Below are positions 45,428 through 64,000 of a stretch of DNA of 64,000 nt, one piece after another. The stretch comes from Anolis carolinensis. Its lineage: Eukaryota. The stretch spans positions 14,991,190 to 15,055,189 of the forward strand of contig NC_085846.1 in the NCBI RefSeq assembly GCF_035594765.1, in the 5' to 3' direction. The stretch's first letter is position 1; the number at the start of each line of letters is the position of its first letter. A program made the translations under genes and the position numbers. Below the pieces are notes generated by a model. The model had not been told where the DNA came from, made no database searches, and worked only from the letters and a program-made list of their open reading frames with translations.

Positions 45428-47232
45428 ATATAGAGGAAGTGTTAGACTCGCCGTTGCTTGAGGGGATTGTTGAGTGACTGACAAGAAAGAAAAGAGGGCA
45501 ACTTGGAAATTACAGTTCAGGCAATAAACTCTTCAAAAAGGGACTTGTCAAGGATTTGCATGGGAATGTGTGTTTGGGTTGTGTGATAGTGTGTAGGAAT
45601 TTCTGTCTCAAGGATAGGCAGTGGCAATGTAGAAACCTTCACACTGGCATGACAGATGTCTATTAAGCTATAAGTCACTTCAGAGTGATACGATCTTGTG
45701 TTATTGGAGGAACTTGTGTATAGTTTACCAGCATGTAATAATAATGCAGAGTGAGTAGCTTGACTGTGTTTGAGTTTCTCCCTTCCCCCACCTCAAAGCA
45801 TTTTTTTAACTAGTCATAGACAGTTCAGGATAAAGGAAATAATTTTCATCTTGTTGATAGTAGGAAGGTTTGTTGGGATTTGAAGTTTCATCAGGTATAA
45901 CCCACAAATTTTACTGCTTTAGGAACCGGTAACATGCTCTATCTGTTTCCCAGATGCAAAATTAAAATTCTAAAGATTCAGAAAACAACAACCCCTCTGC
46001 CACATTTTTATATTTGTCCCAGAGGGAGGTGTATCCATGGGCAGTAATGCAGAAGGTGCTTTACAATCCTTATTCCAGTCTTAACACTTGGGGAAAGGAA
46101 TCGAGGCTGACGAAAACTTTGTTTGTTAAAAGAAACGGATGCTGCTTGTCAGTGTTACTTCCCATGAATATTTACAAATAGGGAGCTTTAGCCCAGAAAT
46201 TTTAATTATTTCTCCTACCTTGTCTTGTAAGGCAGTTAATTATGCCTTGAATGTAGGTGATACTGTGGTTGTACAGACTGAATCACTGGCAATGTTTTTT
46301 TCCTAGGTCCTGGATACTGGAGGCCCAGTTGGGCTGAGTCTTATAGTTCAATTGCAGAGAACACACTTTAAAAAATACAGTTGGCCCCCTATATTTGCAG
46401 GGTTGACTATTCATAGATTTTATTAAAATGTCCTTTGGAAGCTGACCATAGAGACATGCTGGAGGACCTAGAATTTCCTAGAGAGATATTCTCTTAGGTT
46501 AAAAAATAGGGTTTTTAAAAAACTGGCTTTTCACTTTTGTTGAGCCTCCTGTGATCTAATGCCAGTGAATGTGGAATGCTGATTGTATTTTATGCTTTTT
46601 AAAGGAAAATGTATCCTGCTTTCATTGTTCATATGAGTTACCTAAAGTGGCTCACAACTAAAGTGTAAAAATAAACATCATCATAAACAGTATAGCACAG
46701 TACAACAAGCGGGTGAAAGCCACATCACATCCTGTTTGTGCCATAGCTAAGTTGAAATTATAATACACACATACAGTCAGTGAAAGGAGTAGATTTCTTA
46801 GAGTAGGGAGTTCAGTTTCCAGAATCCTATTATGGAGTTGGCCTGCTTCATATTGTTAACAGCCACCTTCGATAGGAGGAGCACATAGATAGGACCCTCT
46901 CATGTGAACTGAGGGGAGGTTTCAAAGCCTCAGGCATAGTCCTTACCACCTTCAATTATAGCCGGCTTCTCCAGTCTGGGTCCCTCTAGCTATTTTGGCC
47001 AACAGCTCTCTAATCAAACTTGACTATTAGTCATGGTGGCAAATGGGGGTTGTGGGGCAAAGATCCGGATAGATCAGGGTTGTTGGAGGCTCGATGCCTG
47101 GAAGAGCCACTGGTGATTACCGTTGCCAGCACAGAGCAAAGTGAGCCGGTTGTTTCAGATAATACAAGCAGAGCTAAGAGACTTTTCTTTTGCTCTATAA
47201 TTCTCAGAACTCCCTTAAATAGCAGAGCTATA

Positions 47233-47931
47233 CAGGTAGTCCCAGAGTTACAAACATCCGACTTACAAGCGACTTGTAGTTAAGAATGGGGGTGAGACAA
47301 TAGCAAGTGAGACAATCTACCCCTAGGAAGGGAAATTCATTCCTAAAAGTGTTATCATGGGGGAAAGGGTCTCCACTGAAGCTTTATCCCCAATCCTTGT
47401 TTCCCAACAAGCCAAATACAGTAGAGTCTCACTTATCCAACGTTCTGGATTATCCAACGCATTTTTGTAGTCAATGTTTTCAATACATCGTGATATTTTG
47501 GTGCTAAATTCGTAAATACAGTAATTACTGCATAGCATTAATGCGTATTGAACTACTTTTTCTGTCAAATTTGTTGAATAACATGATGTTTTGGTGCTTA
47601 ATTTGTAAAATCATAACCTAATTTGATGTTTAATAGGCTTTTCCTTAATCCCTCCTTATTATCAACATATTTGTTTATCCAACGTTCTGCTGGCCCTTTT
47701 ATGTTGGATAAGTGAGACTACTGTATTTCTAAATCCTGTTCTCATAAGGACAGAAAGTGGGGAGAAATCTTCTGAACAGGGGCACAGACAGCAAAATAAA
47801 CACCACAGGAGTGTTAACTCTTCCCTATTTTTGCTTGGAATTACACTTCAAAATGTACCTGTTCAGACTTACATACAAATTCAACTCAAGAGCAAACCTA
47901 CAGAACTTGTTCATAACTTGGGGACTGTCTG
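47233..47931. mobile_element. TcMar element with nested TcMar MITE (47419-47723)
   Basis: Outer TIR CAGGTAGTCCC.GAGTTAC / TAACTTGGGGACTGTCTG with TA TSD; inner CAGTAGAGTCTCACTTATCCAA TIRs. Confidence 0.82.
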
Positions 47932-50900
47932 TACTCGATAGAATCAAGGATTCTTGGAGTTCTCATCCAGTAAGTACCCATTCCATGTTTTAGATACAAG
48001 GCAGATTCATGTGTTTTGATGTTAACAGCAGAATTTGGAAAAGTTATAGTGTTTTGGAATACAACCTTGAATTTTCCCCAGCCAGCATCTCCATGAAGAA
48101 GTCTTGAACTCAGGGCTTAGAAATGTTACCTTTTGGCGTGTACTCTCAGGCATCTGACTTACAGGCTGAAGGATTCTGGGACATGCTGTACTTTGGGTCA
48201 TACTGTACAAAGTGTTGTGACTTGTTTGTGGTCACAGCTGAGATGAGATTTGAATTCACAAATTGACTGATTTTTGGAAAGCCTGTCTCTAAATCTCTTA
48301 CACTGGAAAACCGGGGAAATAGTGCAGGATAAGATTATTAGATTTGATGATGACAGCATTACCTCGAGTGTGAGGGGTGTCTTTTCAGATGGTTAGGATA
48401 TTAAAGCACAGGATCCAGATGTCTTTATTTGATATTGTGATTCTGTTTCAGGAAAACACAAATTTCCCAACATTCAGAACAGCAACTGGGGGTGTGTGAC
48501 ATTTTCTTTTCAGGCAGTAAGTCAATCTTATTTGAGCCTGTAACATGAAATATGGTTATTCAGGTGTCAAGGGTCCACTGAGACTGTAGCTATGAAGGTG
48601 CTTGTGGTGGGCTGTGTAATCCCTCTTCCCATGCTTCAGTAATTATTTCCATTCTTTGGGCTATGGGAAACCGCCATATTTAGTTGTTGCAACTAAAACA
48701 GCAAAGAACTTTGTGGTACCTGAACGCCCTACAAGCAAAATGATGCCAAATAAAACCTGCTAGTATTTAAGATGCTACAACAGAGTTTGTTATGCTCCCC
48801 CACACTGAATATTTATAAAAATATATTTAGAGGTTGAATGTGCAGAAGTGCACACCAGCCCTTTAAAAGCCTCAGTCCAGGAGCAGCTAAATATTAGCAG
48901 GATTGTTCCTCTCCTGGTTTTACAGACAGTTTCTTCTTTTGATTAATTTTTCTTTAGCTTTTCTTTCCTTGGAAAGGCTTGTGTATTTCTGTTACCTGCA
49001 GTGCCTCCCAAGTACTTAAAAGAAAGAACTGAGTCAATTACCTTTCCTCTCTTTTGGTGCTATTATTGTAGTTGTCCAGCAAAGCTGGAGAAAGTAGTTT
49101 TCTCAAGGCCACCTGGTGAATTCATAACAGAAATGAGATTTGAATTTAAGGTTTCCTTGTTCTCAGCTCAATCTCTCAGCTGCTGCTACGCTTGGAGAAG
49201 GAAGTCAATTTTGTCAAGCAGAGTTATTTCCTCCAGGAGGTCACAAATCAGTAAATGTAGGCTGTGGTCACATACTGAAGTTTGGCAAATATGACATGGT
49301 ATTTTAGAAGATGCCATGGGGTAGTTAGAGCGGCTCTTTGCCCTTATCATTATCTTGGTCTGTAGTATTTTTAATACGGAGAGAATAGAGGTTCAGATTG
49401 CTGTGCCACTCTGGTTATTTTTTTAAATCCTTCTGCAACATATCCTCCATTCTTGTCTTGTAGAGCTGCATAGAGTGCTTCTATAGAAGAATGTAGAGCA
49501 ATGGTTGATAACTTTTGGCTTGGCCAGATGATTTTGACGACAATTCTGAGAATCCTTGACAATTCATATACTCACAGAGACATCTGGGAATTGAAGTCCA
49601 AAACATCTATGGAGAAGTCTATGTACTGGTGTAGATGTCTATGTAGAGGAAACCTTGTGACTGAGGAAAGAGTGCACTTTGCAGGATCATATGAGTAAAT
49701 TGAATGGTAGTGGCTCAACTGCCACACTGAAGCTGACTGAATTGTTTGCAAGGGGATCTATAATTGATGCTGTTGCAGCATTTGACACATTTTCATAACA
49801 CTTGTAGTGGTCCTTTACTCTTTGGGATAGTGTCAACAGGGGCTGTAACTCTAAGCAGCACTTACTGGATCAGTGCCCGTTATACAAGGTAGAATTTACT
49901 GTCTTGTCATAAAGCAGGGGCAAAGAGTTTTACAGTCCTCGAGCTGTTGCTGAACTTCAATTTCCCTCACTTAGTGCATTTGCTAACCTGGTGGAAGTTG
50001 TAGTTCAACAATATTTGGAAGAGTGCATGATTTTCATGCCAATGAAAGCCTAGAGATTATCCCAGAAAGGTCTCCTTTCCTTTCATTAACTTCCATCTGA
50101 AGTGAAGGCCGACTTTGCAAACCATTTCCCAAATGTAGAATGTACACTGCAGTAAGTCAAAACCCTCTTAGATTGGGTTAAAAAGCTTGCTTTGGGGACT
50201 ATAAAGTCAAGAGGTGTTCCTGTGTGTAAGACACATCAGTTACACATATCCAATAAATGAACTACGATTTTTAAAAAAAGAATTCTGGAAGGTAATTTTT
50301 ATCAATAGCTTACATATTTTTCAATTTCAATAGTTAATTTTACTGATTGGTTTTGAAAAATAGCACCGTGTATTGGCTAATCTTTGACATAAGGGTACTG
50401 TTTCATCTGTCCTTTGAAAAATATTAAGATCTTGCAACGTTTTGCTTCTACACTGCTTTTTTAAAAAAATTAAAACTGTGTTGAGATCACTCTTATGATC
50501 CAGCTATTGTTGCATTTTCTTTCATCAGTGGTCAGATGTTATATTCAGATTGCTTTCTACTAGTCTGTGTCAACTGCCTTCTCCCACTATAAGCAATGTC
50601 AGTCTTTTCAACATGCTTTCCCCATTTTCTAGTTAATGTCACCTTCAAAGCTGTGCTTGTGTGCCCCTACTCTTCCTTCTAGAATCAAAGACTAGCTAAA
50701 GTGTTACATCAAAGGAAGTCAGAAGAAGGGAGATTAAATATATTTAAAAATACAACTTGTATATGTGTGTATTTTTAAAGAGTGAAAAGCCGCCTTTTCT
50801 ATGCAAAACAATGAACCAGAGTACCAAAAAGTATTGTTTTGCTCAGCTCACACATTAGTCAGAGTCTTTAAAGAGACGCTTCTGTTAGTTTTTCATAAAA

Positions 50901-52142
50901 AGGAAAATGGAGGGAAAGAAATTTAGCAGTAACCTGATTTATTTATTTTAACAAGATCTAGATATCAATCCAGTGTTTCTGAAGAAGCGAGTTGATATCA
51001 CATGCTAAATGGTGGCACCAGATTTCTCTTTTCTTCTCCCCTTTTTTTCAAATGTATGCCATAATATGTAATGAACCTATTTAATACTGTGCAAATAAAA
51101 ATATTGGGGCAAATCAGCTCCTTCAAATTCAATGAAGTGTACTTCTGAGTAAAGGTGATAAGACTTAAACTGATAATGTATCTGTAAGGTGGTACTGACA
51201 TACACTTTTCATTTCATAAAGAAAAGTGCTATTCTGCTCAGACACTCCTAGTTTTGCAGCTACTCTGTAGAACAGGGCAGATTCTGAGTGCAGATGGTCT
51301 GCTCATGAACAGACATAGTATGAACACTATATAGTTGCAAACCTTTTTTTAATATCAAGTAGTTACCCTGTATGCTTCAGGAAACCTGAAGTGGATCCCA
51401 TGCCTAGGCTTGTTTGCTCAAAAGCTGGAGGGCTGCACTTTTCCCACCCTGTTTGAGCTGTATTCTCTTTGTATCAAAGGCAAAATCCTGTAGATTAGGG
51501 GAAGGCTAGCTCCACTAGATTCAGTGGTCTGCCCACGACTGCAGCCATAAAAAGATAGAAAACAGCTCTTTAACCTGGTGAGTTGAATTAGTGATTTACA
51601 ATGCTTTGGTTTTAAAATTATTCCAACCTTGTTCTGAATTGACTACACACATATTGCTGCAGAGTAAATAAAGATTCAGCATGGAAAACTCCATCAGGTG
51701 TTTGCTTTCCTGCTGTAAAGAACCATGGGCTCCTCCACAAGAATGGTCAAGATTCTGTGAAAGTCAAAAGCTGTTTGATGTCTTCCAGTGCATGTTTTTT
51801 CTTCAGTTAGGATTATGAGGACATCCAATAGATTTCTGTTTTAACTTTGCTGTTTAGAAGAGAAAAAATCTGAAAGTATATTTATACCTGTTGGTAGATG
51901 ATTGAGTAATTTGCAGTAGATCAGCAATGACATTTGATTCCTAATTGTCTAACCAACAGCAACAGCTACAAAGCTTCTGCCCCCATTAAGGGCTAGGGCG
52001 GGGAATCATGTGGCTTTCCTGATCTCATTGAACAATAACTTCCAACAGCCAAGATGGCATAGCCAGAGATTAAGAATGCTGGAAACTGCAGCTCAGTAAC
52101 ATATGTGTAGAAGGCTTCATAATTCTTGCCCTTCTCCTAGTC

Positions 52143-52274
52143 CAGTGATTCTCAACCTGGGGTCCCCAGATGTTTTTGGCCTTCAACTCCCAGAATCCCT
52201 AAAAGCTGGTAAACTAGCAGGGATTTCTGGGAGTTGTAAGCCAAATCTGGGGGATCCCAGGTTGAGAACCACTG
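52143..52274. mobile_element. hAT-Charlie-type MITE
   Basis: Perfect TSD TCCTAGTC. Confidence 0.88.
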
Positions 52275-54005
52275 TCCTAGTCAGATTCTCTTTAGCAAGG
52301 GAAGAGTCTTCTAGATCAGTTGCAGACAATTGTGGCTTTAAATATTGTTGGTCTCCTTACCCTTGCCAGCAGGGCCAGTGATGAAGGATTGTGGGAGCTG
52401 CAGTCCATCAACGTCTGGAGGGCCACAGTTTCCCATCTCTGCTCTTAATTAGTAGTGTGCAGTCTTTTGCTCCCCAGATGTTTTGGATTACAATTCCATG
52501 CTGGGTGTGTTTGAAGACTGAAATCTCTGGCTTTAAGTATTCTCAGGATGGCTTAAGGTGCCGGCTGACCAGAAGTAACTGGCTTGGCTTAATCTTGACC
52601 CTTGAACAATAGTTTGAAGTACAGGGATTGGCAGGTGAAGCTTTTTGTGTTGTGAATATAGGTGTCTGCAGCTGCTGTTAATGGCACTGGAGTTGCATCT
52701 GATTAAACTCCTTAGATTGCCAGCCCTCTTCCTCCAGCAATTGCTTTCCTAATCTTCCCAGGTTTCTGTTACTAATAAAATTCTAACTTTGCTCAGAGCA
52801 GATAGAGGAGGAAAAGAACGCACTTAGAGGTACAAACACAATCATTCTGCGAAGACTGGGCAATTCTAAAACAGCAATTACATGTGTGCTTACTTGAAGA
52901 ATAATTCCCTTTTAAGTCAGCGGAGCTTACTTATGAGGCAATATGGTGTCATATAAGGCTGCCTGTATTCCAAAGGCAGCTTTAGCAATTGCCCATCCCA
53001 CCCACCAGGTTTTTCAATTGTTAACGGAAATCGTATGTTGCTTTTCTTGGTGCCTAGGTTGTCTGGGAGAATAGTAGCATCTAGGACGCTGGAGAAGAAT
53101 AGACGCACAACAGATTCTGTAATTTTTGAGAATGTAATGGAGTATAACAGTTTAGGGTGTCTTTGAGGCAGCACAAGGAGGGGGCATAGCATGAGCTATG
53201 TCACTACAAGTGTTGGTTACACGTTTAAATGCTTCTGCTATGTCTTGATTTTTTTTAAAAGCTATGCTAGTGCAATGGGAAGCAGAAAACTGGAAACTGA
53301 TATCCTAATGTGCTAGCTTTTAATTGCAAAACGATTTTTTAATGTTGTGCATTAAAGCACAGTATCCTGATCTCCTCCCTTTTTTTAAGTATTTCAGTCC
53401 AGTCTACCACTTCAAGATTCTGTTGCATATTTGTATTAAGGACTATCGGCACAAGGGAATGAAAACTTGTGTATTATCTTAGAACTATAGGGAAGAGAGG
53501 TGGACTAGTCTCTTAAATTTACAAGGTGTGCACTTACACAGGTGCACCAATGACAGTTACTTTGGCATGTCTGCACCATGGGAACTAGAAAAACTGCATC
53601 TCAGGGACATAACTTTATTGTGATATGCAAATAAACAGACAGTTGGTCACAGGGTTATTGGTAGGATTGCCAACTTTGTTTGTACCAGAATGCAGACAAT
53701 GCTTTTCCTAACATAAGCAGGGGTGAGTTCAACCTGCTATACTTCTACTTAGCTATAAGCTGTGAAAGGTACTGGAAATCCGATAGGAAAAAGTGATGAT
53801 CGTAATGATAGACAGTTTTTGAGGCAGGGTGTTCATGGTAGGTAGGCTCTTTCTTCCTTTCTGTCTACTAGCCTTTGTGCATTGATAGATGTCTCTCACA
53901 TATCCCAATGTGCATTCTGGCATGGTGGGCATTTGGTTGGGGAAATCAAAAATGCATATTTAGTTCTTTCCCCCTATTAGTCATGTGTTTTTCTCACCTA
54001 CACAG

Positions 54006-54052
54006 GAACCTGGCTGGAGAGTGAAAGACCGCAAGCGCCCAGGGGCCACTAG
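54006..54052 (+). other. CNOT3: Candidate 47-nt non-coding 5'UTR exon of CNOT3
   Basis: Polypyrimidine tract plus cacag acceptor, TAG|GTAAGT consensus donor, GC-richer than flanks, no ATG. Confidence 0.55.
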
Positions 54053-55506
54053 GTAAGTCCTGTCCTTATATTACCTTCTCCACAAAGCACCAGGTTCCAC
54101 AAGTTAAAGCAACACTGCTAGATAATTTAATCTAGAAGTATATCAGATTACCAGACTCTAGGATGTCCCCTCATCCACTGTTCAGTAGCTTTCCCAGCCA
54201 GTTTTGTTTCTATATTGAGCTAGAAAGAAGCGGTAAAGGGTGCTCTTTGATTTGTGAAAATGTCCACAAATCCTAGCAACTCAAATAAACAACTGATGCC
54301 ATTTTTGAGTTTTGAAGAATAATTTGAGGGGGATTTTTTTTTACAAAGGAATCAACATTTGGAGGCCTAAAGGGTGAAACTTGCATTGTTTTCTTTTGGC
54401 TAGGTGAAGCTAGATCAGAGATCATCTACTTTTTCTTTGTTTATTTTTTTCTTTTGTGTCATTTTTTGTTTTAACTCTTTATTTCTTTTCTTGATTCACT
54501 TTTTTGACTTTTATTGTAACCTTTAAAACCTTTTTTAAATGTAAGACATCATTTACACATAGTTGAAAGGAGGGATCTGGGCATGATCAAGACAATGTTT
54601 GAAAAGTTTGTTTCAAATATTGTATCGGATTCAGTGTGAGTTATCCTTCATGCATCATGCATTAAAAAACCCAATGCAAAAATGAAAGAAAGAAACAAGT
54701 GAGATTTATTAGGGAAATCTGCTTGCAAAATGCAGCAGAAACCCTCCTGAGGAGGAGTATATGTGTTGAGATTCTTTCATAGAGCCATTGAGAGTAAGCT
54801 TTCTCTCTCATTAAGTTCTAAAGAAAGAATAGTTTGAAGTCTTCATTTTTATGTCTATTTTAACATTGGTATCCAGAATACTCCCTAAAAACAGTTTTAG
54901 TATCAACTCAGCTATAAATAAACAGCTCACAAATCTTGAACGAAAAGCCTCAAAGTTTGATCAAGTTCACACATAGAGATAATAATCTGTCCCCAACTAC
55001 TATGTATTCACAGTAGTTGCCTGATACAAGAAAGTGAAGATGGTCCTAATGTTGCACTCTTGTGTTTACTGGTGAAGGTTTAACCTGCTGAACATTTGCC
55101 TGTCACATAGAGAAGGGGGTCCTTTAATTGTTGTAGCTCTAATATCTCCTAAGTCATTATCTTCATGCTACTCTCCTGATTTTATAGGATTTTGTTCTAT
55201 GACTCATCTCGGTTTTCAGCCTTGATTCTTATAAGAACAGAATCCTTTTGCTATTGACAAATAGAAATCAACAGGGAGAAACTTTTTCTTAGGTAAGCGG
55301 TAGAAACCTATAGATTTCTACTTCCCATGCCTCTTCACTTTAAAAAAAACCCCAGAAGCCTGAATCTCAGTATTTATTTTTCTCCTGTTTGGCCCCTCAC
55401 AAGAAAGGCTTTGTTCTGGCTTTGCCTTCTAACTTTTCTTTTTCCTCTTTTTGAAGCGTTGACGCTCTATAAAGTATGAAGAGAGCCCCTCTATAGTAAA
55501 GGAAAC

Positions 55507-63162
<7,656 letters not shown>

Positions 63163-64000
63163 GTGAGTCTGCGTCGATGTAGAGCCAAGGGTTAGAGGGA
63201 GGCAGGTTTCTGTAAGTTCCTGGGGCGTAGAGGACGTTTCAGGGTCTTCAAATCTCCAGAAAATCTTTCTTAAGCTACTGGGAAGCATAGGCATGACATG
63301 AGCCTTAGTTTATTATTATTTTTACATAGCCTGCTTTTATAGTACAGCATAAGCAAATGCTCTAGGGAAGGAACCATTTCACAGTGGTAGCATGCATGTT
63401 TTTCATGTGGACAGTCCCCAGATAAAATTAGGTTGGATGGCAGGTGATGATAGACATGGGCCTGAAACCCTGGCAAAAGAATTGGTTACGTGGTGGTGTT
63501 ATATTTACTGTATTTGTATCGCATCTTTCTCCCAAAATTGTGAATCATGTTATAAGGCAGGTCTTTCTCTATAGTTATTGTTTTCTAAACTAGGGGCAGG
63601 CCACATGCAATCCTATGAATATTATAGAACTACAGCTCCCATCGTTCCAAGCCATTATAAGCGAATGATGAGGATAATGAGAGTTTATAGTATAGCAACG
63701 CTTAAAGGACTACATTTTGCTCACAGTGCTATAAAATTTAACATTGGGGAGAATATACAGAGATGGGTGGAATCATGAATGCTGCCTGACATATGTGAGC
63801 AACTAGCATTGAACTTAAGCTTCATTGCAATTAAGGATAGACTGGAAAGAATCTGTGGTTTCTGAGGAAGGGCTTAAATAAGAATTATTATTCTAGACCT
63901 GTGTACACAATCAGAAATATGGGAGAGTGTGTAGTCATTGTGTTGTCAGAAGGCTTTTATGGCCGAAATTTGTGAGGAAGAAAAGGAGATACCTAGTGTA

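Overview
Vertebrate genomic DNA, very likely a squamate reptile (Anolis-like lizard, judged from the repeat landscape: CR1, BovB, Penelope, Dong/R4, L1, tRNA-SINEs, many hAT/TcMar/Harbinger MITEs). The window is orthologous to the edge of the human leukocyte receptor complex region (19q13.42), with the same gene order and orientation. It holds an OSCAR-position Ig-superfamily receptor (-, 6 coding exons, 343 aa, three Ig domains), NDUFA3 (+, 86 aa), TFPT (-, 245 aa), PRPF31 (+, 499 aa) and the 5' part of CNOT3 (+, runs off the window end). Exons were reconstructed by hand from GT-AG boundaries and reading phase. The best lead is the Ig receptor: three domains (D1 and D3 look like internal duplicates), Gln in place of the FcR-gamma-coupling transmembrane Arg, a tyrosine-free tail, NF-kB/AP-1/CRE clusters upstream and possible soluble isoforms. 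Other leads are a short uORF just before the CNOT3 start, a 41-bp-periodic CCAAT array, a (TA)n in place of a polypyrimidine tract in PRPF31, and decayed hammerhead ribozymes in Penelope elements. Comparisons with human sequences are from memory and need database confirmation.
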